This document shows positions 38,416 to 50,600 of a DNA stretch of 64,000 bases, piece after piece (positions within the stretch are counted from its first letter, which is position 1; the number at the start of each line of letters is the position of its first letter). This DNA comes from Saccostrea cucullata (lineage: Eukaryota), in contig NW_026935833.1 in NCBI RefSeq assembly GCF_032062105.1, positions 1 to 64,000 of the forward strand, read 5' to 3'. The notes beneath the pieces are model-generated. The model saw nothing but the letters and a program-made list of their open reading frames with translations. It had not been told where the DNA came from and did no database searches. A program made the translations under genes and the position numbers.

Positions 38416-41400
38416 ATGTCGGGGAAGGGAAAGGTTTGTTTTAACTGATTAAAATTGTATGACAAACATTGATTTTGGAGAATTTATGAAAATGAGAATT
38501 TTTAACATTTATCATGTTTATTTTAAAGATATAAATCCCTTAGTAACATAATATGAATTCAGAAAATATCATGATTGAAATGACATTTAGATCCGTTCAT
38601 ATTATTAGATAGATAGGTCATTGATGCAAGTAATCACTTCACTGGTAACAATGAGAAATAAATATTTCTAAAGTAAACATGCTAAATCTAAAATGTGCTA
38701 CTTAGTATCTTGTTATGATAATTCTTGGTAATAATAATTAAGTACAATGTAGTTTCATCTACTGGTAACTTTTGCAATTTCTTATACTAATTTAACAAAT
38801 CTAACTAAGAATGATCAGCAGTAAAAGACGATATATGTCAGTTTTATAGCAGGATTTAAATGTCGATGCATGTTGAAATATTCACGTTCCCAATTCATGC
38901 AGTTATACAGTGTTATTGGTTTCTCTAAGAGTTAACGTTACAAACAGATACAATAAATGACAAACAGTTTTAAATTTTAAGGATTCAAATAAGTTTTGGA
39001 TTCAATTTCAACATTTCAGTTATAAAATGTCCATTTATATGTACAGTATATTGTTTATCAAGAAGGAGGGAATATTTCATATGGCATTTATTTCTTATAC
39101 TCTTATATTAAGGTTGCACAGAAATTTCTGAAGTGTTAGGTAAGAGAATTACAAGCAACCTTTTTTGTAGCATGCTGTAGTCACAGGCAGTGTTATTTTA
39201 CTCATCTATTATGAAATTATTTATACACACATGTATTGCATGGTGAATTTTGCAGGTGTTCATTAAAAATCCTTGTATGTTTGATTCACTGTAAATTCTA
39301 CATTTAATAGATCAACGTCTTACTTATCTTATGCTGAGTATCCTGTATGATTCTTTCTGTTCCAATTATGAAAAAAGGATCAGCAGACTTTCAGAAATAT
39401 TTTGTACTAGTGATTTATTTGAAAGTTATTATAAGCCATCCACTTTGGCACAAGACAATTATCTGTATGCTATTACTTTTCTGAATGCATTTCTTAAGTC
39501 TAAAACTATTATACAGTATGCTTTTCCCACATATACTTTAATATATTTCTATTGTTTACTTTAATACATGTGTTACACTAGAGTGTTTATCAATTAAAAC
39601 TCTCAAATTCACGTCTGAAAAGTAGATATTGTTGCTATTAGCTGTTATCTGTGGATCTTCACTAGATTTATAGATGTTCATGAAATAAGATGACTCAATG
39701 CACATTTTAGAAAGATTTCTTAGGCTATGGGTTAGAGTATGGTACATAAATGAAACTGATTTAAAATAAGATGCAGTTTATTCCCTGAATGTTCACTCTT
39801 CTACCCAGACATGCCTCAAATTACTAGCAGAACTGTACACATTAGACAATATGTTAGATATTATATTCTTGTCTACCAACTGAAAATGTACAATAAAAGA
39901 TTAACATTCTTGCATGAAAACTTCAATTTGTTGCATGAGATTTAAATTCAACTAGAATAGCATTGTTCATGTTGTTTTCTTCTGTATTTTTCCTGCATTT
40001 TGTAAAAAGATCAGGTACTTATACCATTTATACTGTAGTGGTAATGGCGTCAGACCTGCCAAGTGACCCGCATTCGGTGGGTCACACCCGCAAAATTGAC
40101 CTCTCACCCCCCATTTATAATGACCCGCGGCGTGTCATTGTTTTCACCCGCAAAATCGATCATCCCAATTTTTTGACCCAATATTGATTTAGCATGTTTG
40201 TCTCAACAAGAAAGATCTGAAAATTCATCCTAAAATTTCCGATTTGTGTTCTATAAATCAGGATATGAACATCTTGTTTATTCAATGCACACAGATTGTA
40301 TCTTTGTTTGCCGAGGTGTTAAAAAAAACTGTTAACTAGGGCTAATTGTAACGGGAACCGTTACAGATGTTCCCCAAACGCTCCCCAACTCCCTTTTGGT
40401 GCCATACTCCCTTTAAGCTTCATTAAAAATGACAAACTCTATGCATTTTACACTTTAACAACGTTTCCCTGAAGTATACCGAGTATATTCAAATTTTAGC
40501 ATTTGCACGCGTACACATGTAAATGCATGTTCGTAATGACCAAATTCTCTTGTCTACACTATCTATATACATTAATATAATAAAATAATAAAGAATTTAA
40601 TCCAAAAGTATTAAAAAAATACGCTTCATCAAGTGTATTTTTGATTTTACCCATCTCACGTGCATGCATGTGCATGATGACCTTACCTTTTTGTAGGAAT
40701 CCACTATGTCTATCTATGTTCTAAATCCCATCCTGTTTGGTTGAAAATCAAAGGAGTTATACCCATTTAAAGTTTAAGCCAATCAGATTGCAGCGCACGT
40801 GCATGCGCGTGTTTTCATGATACCTGCTATATATTTTATTGTAGTATATCCTAATGCATGACTATGTTTAAAATTTCAAAGCATTTCGTCAAAAAACAAA
40901 AGAGATATTGAAATCTTTGTTTCAGCCAATCAGAGGGAAGCGCACGTGCATGCACGTGAGTTCGTGCTAATTTGACCATGTCATATTATCTAGACTATTA
41001 ATATATCCTTATAGAATGAGTTTCAAAGCATTTCAATAAAAAATGTAAAAGTTATGGCTATAATAAGTATATCAGTCATTTCATTCATTTCACGCGCACG
41101 CACGTGCATGCGTATGCGCGCAAAATGACCTTCGTTGTGCACACCTACACTTGACACCTATTAACCCTAAAAAGGTTTTAACTTAGTTGGGTGAACAGTT
41201 TCTGAGAACACTCGCGGACAAAAAAGTACCGGAGAACAAAGAAGAAAAAAAGAATAATAACTAGAAAAGATACTCGTTGCGCGCAACGAGAGGTCTTCCG
41301 TCCGATTCTGAAAGAAAAACGTAAAATCGAAATGAAAAAAGTGTTAAAAAAAATTCGGACATACGGGGGATGGAACCCGGGTCGCAAGCGTGAAAATCCA

Positions 41401-44400
41401 ATGCGCTAACCATTACGCCATTGGGGACCACCGCTTCAAATTTTTAAATGCGAATATCTCGAGGTTGGTATTTTCGATTCTAAATCAAATCACATATTTA
41501 TCATTCTCAAATAAGTCTCTATTAATGTTATTAATATCAATGAAAAATATCAAAAAACAAAAAAGTTCAAAAAATTGCCCTTTTTCAATCACTTCCTGTG
41601 ACGACCGGAAGTGGCGACGACACACGAAATGTTCTTATCACACATCTACGAACCAACCTCTATCATATCTGAAAGTTTGAGAATCCTACCTTTTATAGTT
41701 TCTGAGAACATTCACGGAATAGATTTTTAGTGGAAAAAATGAAAATTTGCAATAATTCCTGACCGGAAGTGAATTTTACCAAATTCTTTTAATATTTCAA
41801 AATGGCATGGCAGAACACATAACTCCTGAAAATTTGGCTGAAATTCATTGAGTAGTTTTCGAGAAAACGCGATTTGAAAAGGTAAAAAAAATAAAAATGA
41901 AAAATAATAATAATAATAATAAGAAACAGTAGAATCACTATAAGGTCTTCCGTTGGAGACGGAAGACCTTAATAATAATAATAAGAAACCGAGTAAAAAC
42001 AATATGTTCCCAAACTCCGTTTGGGGAACATAATTAGCCACAGGAAATCACTTCACGCTTGATCGCAGACTTACACAGCTGTACAGGTAATATGCCTGGA
42101 GCATTTAGGGGATTAATTACGTAACCATTTGAATGGGTATATGCATGGTGAACCACATAGATTTAGAGGTTAATTAAATATCATTTTATTAAAAACAGAT
42201 ATTAATTAAATACAATGATATGATAAACATTGGGATCGTTTTTTAAAAACGAAAGTAAAAAAACGAAACTACAAAGCATAACTGATACATGTAACAGCTG
42301 ATTTTATCAGCTCTCGTATATTGAAATTATTGTTAAGTGTAGTGGTTAAAAGAAAATGATATTAATTTAAGATAAAGCAAAAGAGTCTAAAGTGAAGTAT
42401 ATTGAATTTCTCTCCCCCCTCCCAAAATGTAGTATTAATTGTACGTTGTGTTTCTTTGTTAAATGGCTATGACAAGGGAATACCCACTTGTCAGTCACAT
42501 CATGACTCTAATGATTTTAAGTTTTTGTTTGGGGTGTTAGGTATCCTTCATAATTTATTTTGTAGTATTTGATTCATTTAATTTTTTTTGTGTGTGTTTT
42601 AAAATTAATAATAGGAAATTAGATGGCACATATTTCTTATATACCACCACCCCATGCAATTTTTCAATATTAATCTTTCAATGTAATATGTCTAATTACA
42701 ATTTTCTGATTGTGTAATATGTTGAAAATTAATGTAGAATCTAACAATGTTTCCCAGAAACTTTTTAAATTTTTAAAACTTTGCAAAAATTCTATTGAAC
42801 TAAAAGTATCTGAATCTAACTATCAATCTGAAAGTGTTCTTATACAAGCAATTGTAAGTAACCTGTCCTAAGTAAAAATCAAGTCTGCAATAAAATATAA
42901 CATATACATGCATGTGTTTGACTGTTTGCATTGATGCCTAAAAATTGGGAGCATTTTGTTACTCAAACCTCAACAAAAATGTCGCCGCGCGCTATGACCC
43001 AAAAATGTCGCCGCGCGCTATGACCCAACATTTCAATTCTGAATGTTGGGTCATGACCCCCCACAGCATCAATTTTGGTTGGCAGGTCTGATGGCGTATT
43101 AGTATCTCTAATCCCCTAGCTCTCCTTCCAACTGTGTTATTTCATTACTTTGCTCATTCATTGAATTGATTTGAAACCTTGATGAACATGATGAAAAGGA
43201 GGATAATATTTCTAGCAGATCAATCTACTGAATTCATCTGAAATATAAAAAAAATTAACAGACATTTCTATAAACATGCTCAATAATGATCATAAAGTCA
43301 GGTGGTTAATTCCTTCAAGAAAATTCTTAAGAGAAATCAAACAGATGATATGTGTTTATTTTGTTCAGAATCAAAACCCACCAAAAGCCAAATCCAAAAG
43401 GATTCAAGTCTTGGCAATGGAGGAGGACATGGACAAAGGGAGTGTTAATAGCCAAGATCATCTCATAGAGAAGCAGGGAAACAGTACTGGTAAGTACAGG
43501 CTTATGGGGTTGGGGTGGGTGGTGGGCAGGGGTGGTAGTGTAAAACATCTCGTAGAGAGACAGAAAAAAAATGCAGGTAGGTGGGGGGGATCTCATAGAC
43601 AGGCAGGAAAACACTTCTTGTAAGCACAGGGGTGAGGGTGTAACAATATTGCAGAATGAATTGAAAGAGGGGCAAGCAAAAAAGATATACAGCTATGCAC
43701 ACAAGGGGGAGGGTCAACAGTGAAGGCCATCTCAAATACTGCTAATAAGATCTTACAGGAAGTTTGGGAGGGGTAACAAAGTGGAGCTTATCTTAATGTA
43801 TACAGAAATGGAAACAGCTGGTATGTTTTTTTATCAATAGATTTTGCAGAACTTAAAGGTTACAATACTTTTTATAGGAAGAGCAATACTGGGAGGAAAT
43901 GTATCAGTTAGCCATTGATCCTTCATGGATAAAAACTGACAAATTTTACTAAATGCCTTAAATATATTGTAAGCAGTCATAAATACAGTCCTTTATACAT
44001 GTATGCTTTAAACAGGATTTGAGTCGTGTTCTTAAATATGCATAAATTAAAAGATGCTATTAGAAAAAAAAATATTTTAAGTTAATTACCATATTAGATA
44101 TACTGAAACATATATTTCAGTCAAAAATTTGGTGCATATTTCATTGTAGATGGATATCCTTTTAAACTTCACAAAAATATTATGGTAATCGCTAAGATAG
44201 AAGATTATTTTTTAAAGAACTAATTTTAGTACATTCACTATCAGCAGGATCTAATTTTTTTTAAACCACCACTGAACTTGGTGCTTATATTTTAATTATC
44301 CATGATTGTTTGCCTCCAGCTATATATTTACATACTATGTTTTAGTGAAAGATTCCAGTTGAAGTTTGGGTTTTGGTGATAATACAAACTGGTGTTGTTT

Positions 44401-47400
44401 TTTTTTAAGTGTATTCCCTTAAAAGTATATTCACAAATGTTTAGATTGAGTGGATTTTTAAAATACAATGAAAGTGTATGCTTTCAGAAAGCACTTCTGT
44501 AATCTTATAATATCTGCTTCTTTTCATCTATATATATATATATATAACAAGGTAATGTGACAATGGTTTTAATTTATCTTTACAGGAAATAAGGAAGCAA
44601 GTGACCAAGAACCAGTTAACAACAAGCCAGATGTAGACATGTCAAGTAAAGAAACCTCAGAGAACAAAACAGAGAGAAGCAGTCCTGATAAACCAAAACA
44701 GGAACCCTCAAAAGACGAAATCGTCCCAGCAAATTCAGAAGATTCACAAACAGACTCAAATCAGAATGACACAGAACAACAGGGTAAAAGTCAAAATGGA
44801 AGACTGGCTGGTATGAAAACAAAAGTATTGGCAGCCTTCACCTCAAATAAATCAAAGGACAGGCTAGAGGAAGGAAGTGATGTCACAGGAAAGGAATCGG
44901 AAGTGAGGTTCAAATTAGACAATAAGAAGCTCTCTCTACAAGAGAAAGACTTCCAGAAGAGGGTCCATGACGTGGAGGAGGGGATCTTCTCGGTGACCAA
45001 AGAGGACCTGGAGAGGACGAAGAAGAGGAGCGAAGATAAGGATGAGGTGGACTCAGCCTCCGTTTGGTCCTACTTCATGCCTAAGAAGAATTTCCAGTAC
45101 CACTTTCAGCATCCTTACTTCAGGCTCTTCATAGCCTACTTTGTGACTTTCTGTAATTTTCTGATTTATGCTGAGGATCCAGTGGCCCATTCTATGAAGG
45201 AATGCACCATTCCATTGGTGGGGAACGACTTTGCTTTTGTGGGTACTAGGTACGCTCCCAATGCTTGGAGTCTTCTCAAGGTTTTCCTGTGGCTGTCTGC
45301 GATTTTGATTGGAATTGTGATCGGGAAATTGGTAGTGCATGGATTATTTTTCAGTGGGTATCTTTTTCTTTAATTTTTTTTTTTCAACATTAATCTTTAT
45401 TTAATTGATAAATTTTAAAATGACTCGTACATTTTGCTAATACCTTGGATACTGGAAATAATGTAAATATTGAGTATGTACATGTATTAATACATGCTAG
45501 CTCTTAATACTCAATATATTTACTTTAACTGACAGTGCCCTTGGCTAATATGGAACAGAATCAATTCAATTAATCAGATTTTATTGAGTCATCTGAGTCT
45601 TTCTGATGACTTTTTGCCAACTTTTTTTTGTTTGTGTTATATATATCTGTAAACATTTTTTTTTTACCCCAAATGGTATTTTAACCAGCTTAAAGGAACA
45701 TTAATTGGGGATGGGTAAAAATTAGACAATTTCATAGTTCTAGACTTTCTCTGAACCTGTAAATTACCACCAAAAAAAATTAAAAGAAAAAAAATTAGCT
45801 ATTTTTTTACTCCCAGCAGGATATTTTAAAGAGATCTTGTTTAAGATACTCAGATGAATGTCAAGGTCAATTAGCCCTTTGTACAAATGTTTTTACAAAT
45901 ATTGTATAGTGGGTAATATAAATTTTAATTTCAATGACAATTTTTAAAATTATTTTGAAATGTTGGAAGTAAACTACCATCAAATGCATATACATCTGTA
46001 ACTAACAAAATTCTACTATATGGACCTATATTCATCCAGTGCATGTTTACATTTTGTCATGCTGTTGTTTGAACATTCAAGTTTTGTGTGCAGAAAGATT
46101 GACTCCCATATTTCAGATCTGGTTAATTTTGGTCTGACCAAACCTCAGCAAAATGATTCAAAGTATAGGAATGCCAACCTAGCTTATTATTCTAAATCAA
46201 GGAGTTAATGCTTGAACATGTTAAATATGTTTCAGATGTTTTAAATCATAAACCTTCAGCCACCCCCTCCTCTTATATTGATGTTCTGCCCCAGGCATGA
46301 CCTTAATATTATATATTATTTGATTCGAAGACAATTTGTTAAAGACTTTTAAAAAAAAACTTATTTAATTGTTATGCAGGTACATGAGTTCAGACCTTAG
46401 AAAATGCATGGTAAAAGCATCCCAATCCAGAAATAAAACAAAGCAAATTCAAAGAATTGTGGTTTCCCACTTTCAGTGTCTTTAGTAGATAGGATGCCAA
46501 TTATTGTGTCAAATTTGAATTCCCTATCATATGTCATTCTAAAGAAATCACCAAAGTAAAACAAAAAAATGAAAAATTGTGTAAAATAATGAAATATGAA
46601 AGTCAAGGTCAAGCAATCAAAAATCATAGCGTGCTCAGAAACATCATGACACAGCTAGGTAATGCACATGTCAATTATGAAAGGCTTATCAAAAGTTATA
46701 AGGAAAGAAAAAAACATTTTTGAATTAGGTCAAACTTTAAGGTCACAGGGTCAAAATTAATAGTACATGTATATTTAGAAAGGCCTTGTCACAGGTAATA
46801 TACAAGTGTAATTTGAAAGTCCTATCTTTTCTCTTTCAAATGTTATGATCTACTTAAATTAATGTTAAAATTTTTGAAAAGTAGGTCAGACTTCAAGGTT
46901 AAGGGTCACGGGGTCAAAAACCAAAGTGTATTTTGAAAGGTCTTGTCACAATTAATTTACATGTGAAATATGAAAGCACTAGTCTATCTCTTCTCATTCA
47001 AAAGTTATGACCAAGGTTAAAGGTTTTGTGAGAGACTGACAGACAGACTGATGAATGAGATTTAATGCCCCCCCCCCTTTTCACCAGATCCAGGAAAAAA
47101 AAATTATTATTTTGTGCAATGTGCATGCATGTTTGAAAATGAAATCAATATTTTAGTAATTTAGATGGAAGGAATGATTTTAACATTTAGTGTAAAATGA
47201 AGTTATTTGAAAGATGATGTTGTATATTGGTTTATTTGTTGTATTTAATATATGAAACTGTTCTTAGATTGTTGTATTTGATATGAAATAGAACCTTATC
47301 TCCCTGAATGAACTTAATGTTTGTTTGACTTGACTCATAGTCAAAATGAAAATTATTTTGGCATTTGTCAAACATGTTAAAGAAATGTAAGCTAGCTTGT

Positions 47401-47426
47401 CATGACTAACATGACTTAGATTAACA

Positions 47427-47472
<46 letters not shown>

Positions 47473-47566
47473 ATTTTGTCTGTAGTCAGTCTGTCCGTCC
47501 ATCTGTAAACTTTTCACATTTTTGACTTCCTCTCAAGAACCACTGAGCCAATTTATCCAAACTTGC

Positions 47567-47613
<47 letters not shown>

Positions 47614-50600
47614 GGTCAAGTCCTCTTCCAAGGGGAGATAATTATGAATTAATGTAAAATTAATGGTATCTTTTAAAAATCTTCTTCTCCAGAACCATTG
47701 GGCCAGGAAAGATGAAACTCATGTGGCTGCATTTTCAGATAGTGTACATTCAAGTTAATTCAAATCATAACCCCAGGGGTAGACAGGGTCACAATGGCTG
47801 CTCAAAGTTTTACATAGGAATATATAAGGAAAATCTTTAAAAATCTTCTTGTCCAGAACCATTGGGCCAAAAAGATGAAACTCATGTGGAAGCATCCCCA
47901 GGTAGTGTATATTCAAGTTTGTTCAAATCATGACCCCGGTGGGTAGGCAGAGTCACAATGGCTGATCAAAGTATTACATGGGAATATATAGGAAAAATCT
48001 TTAAAAATCTTCTTGTCCAGGCCCATTGGGCCAGGAAAGATGAAACTCATGTGGAAGCATCCTCAGGTAGTGTAGATTCAAGTTTGTTCAAATCATGCAT
48101 GACCATGGGGGTTAAGGTGTGGCCACAATGAAGGATCAGAGGTTTTGTATATATAATGTACACAGAATATAGGAAAAAAATCTTCTCCAGAGCAGAAAAA
48201 TTGTGTTTAGTCAAATTGACTTGTAAGCATCTGCAAGTAGTGAAAATTTAAATTTATTCAAATAATGTCTGGGAGGGGGGAGGGGAGGGGGTTCATGAGG
48301 GGTCACAATGGGAGATCAAGATATATACTGGAAAAATCTTTAAAAACTTTCTTTTCAAGTATGGTGAAATTATACATGTATGCTTTATTGATATATTGAC
48401 ATTCTCAAGTAATAGAAAATTCAAACCCCCCTCCCCCAACAAGTAAGCTTTTTAATATTAAGCTGATTTGTGTTTTTTAACTAGCCCATGTGCTCAGGTG
48501 AGCAATGTGGCCCATGGGCCTCTTGTTCAAATGGTAGATTCAATAGAAATATATATCTTGATGCCAATTTTATTAGCAGCTGTCTATGTTGTAAGGTAAT
48601 TTAATGTTTTTTACTCTAAAGCAAAGGATCTGGACTTTTTGTTGAATTAATTAAGTTGGATATGATGACTAGACTGATTTATTTTCTTTATAGAAAAACA
48701 CTTTATTTGAATGTGTAAAGCATGTTGCATGTTATAATTGAATTAATTGTCAATAAAATTATTTTTACGTTAACATCACGTGGAGACCAATTTAATTCAA
48801 TTTTTTTTACTAGAAATTAAGTTTTAGATATTAGCTGTTTAAGAAAGGAAGGATGAAAACTCACTAATTCACTATGGCCATTTAAAATGAAAACACCTTG
48901 AACCTGATTTTATTGTACTTTTGTCATATTATTTTTGCTAATAACTTGCATGATAAATAAACCATCATGACCATTTAAAAAGAAGATTTTTTTAAAAAAT
49001 CATAAAGTTCCAAGTGATTATTATTGGGCTGAATGAAATGTTTAAATTACATTCAAGTTTTTATATAACAATAGTTTATTCAATGCCCAAAGGAAATGAT
49101 AATGTACATGAACAGATTTCATATCTGAAACTAACAATCTCCACTTTTACCCAGTACTATAATCTACCATGGCTATTGTAGACCGCCTCTGTCGCCTGAG
49201 GATGTTTGAGGACGACATGGGCTCCTTCATGGTCATGTTCCTGACGACACTGATCAGCGTCTTCATCTTCTCCTGGATCTACAACGCCTTCCTGATGATC
49301 GGAGGTAGCGACACGGAGGATTACAGAATCTCCGACCTTATGGGGGTCTCTAACTCCATCTTCATGAAGATGGCTGCCACTGGCACCTGGTGTGGTGACT
49401 TCTTTACCGCCTGGATGGTAATTACATCTCTGTAAAATCTGTATTATTATTATCATACTGGAAGTATAAACCACATATTTTTTCTAAATTCTACAATCAA
49501 TATCTAAAATCTTCAGATTTCAGACCCATTCACTCCAAGATAATAAAATTCTAATGTTGGTAACCAAGTGCTATGAGTATATAGTACCATTGTTCATCTT
49601 AAGCGTAAACTGTGCGTTAAGGATGGATGATCCGTTTCTTTCCTAGAAAACATATTATAACAGTCATCTACTGATCTAGTCAGATATATCTATTGAAGTT
49701 ACATGGAGAATAAGCATTACATTTCTGAATGGGTTAAATAAACTGGTATTAGAACTTTAACATTGCTAAGATTTAGTTTAAATTGGCAATATACCTACCG
49801 TAAATCTGGAAATTTTTACGTCGATTTTATTTTGCGAATTCGGGTCAAAATGCTGTTGATTAATTTTTACGTTTCAAAATTTTGCGAATGACCACTGCTT
49901 TGTTTACATTTTCTTATTGGTAATTTATATTTAAGAAAAATATTTTTGCGAATGCAATGAAGTCGCAAATTTGCTAAAAAAAATTTTACAGCAAAAATTT
50001 CCAGATTTACGGTATTTATAGGTGACAGACATGATGCTCCAGGAAAAATTGTACCCCAAATGGGCCGTAGGTGCACGCCGGTGGTGGAATACAGGTTACC
50101 GCCGCATCATCCTGTTCTGGACCATCACCACGCTGGCCTCCTTTATCGTGGTGCTGGTGATCGCCACAGACTACATACAGTGGGACAAACTGAACCGCGA
50201 CTTTCTCCACAGTAATGAGGTGTCCAGGGCCATGCTTGCTTCTTTCATTCTTGTGATGGATATTTTCATTGTTCTACAGGTAGAGTAGCATTTTAATTAT
50301 TGCATTTTTAAAAGTAAATAAAATACTGTAATTTATCTATTGTTAGCTCTTCTGAGCCAAAGGCTCAAAAAGCTAATGCTATGGCTCTTTGTGCGGTGTG
50401 CGTAAACTTTTTAGAGTATGGGCCATAACTCAAGAACCCCTTGGCCAATCATTACCAAATTTGTCACAGGGTATCCTTGGCCCAAGGGCTACCATTTATA
50501 CTAAAATAAGGGTTGGGACCCTTAAACAAGGGGAGATAATCAGGAAAACAAAACCAAAAGTACTGGTTGCTAAAAAATCTTCTTCTCCATAACCACCAGG

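Larger units (their letters stand above)
40051..43090. mobile_element. Non-autonomous DNA transposon with 12-bp TIRs and 7-bp TSD in TMEM117 intron 1
   Basis: TIRs CAGACCTGCCAA / TTGGCAGGTCTG. TSD ATGGCGT at 40044-40050 and 43091-43097. Subterminal TGACCC/CACCCG repeats. Confidence 0.88.

Noticed and set aside
41366-41420. tRNA gene (also 27800-27873, 37060-37110 and 60620-60665)
   Set aside because: Only degenerate A/B boxes with no complete cloverleaf, all embedded in mobile elements.
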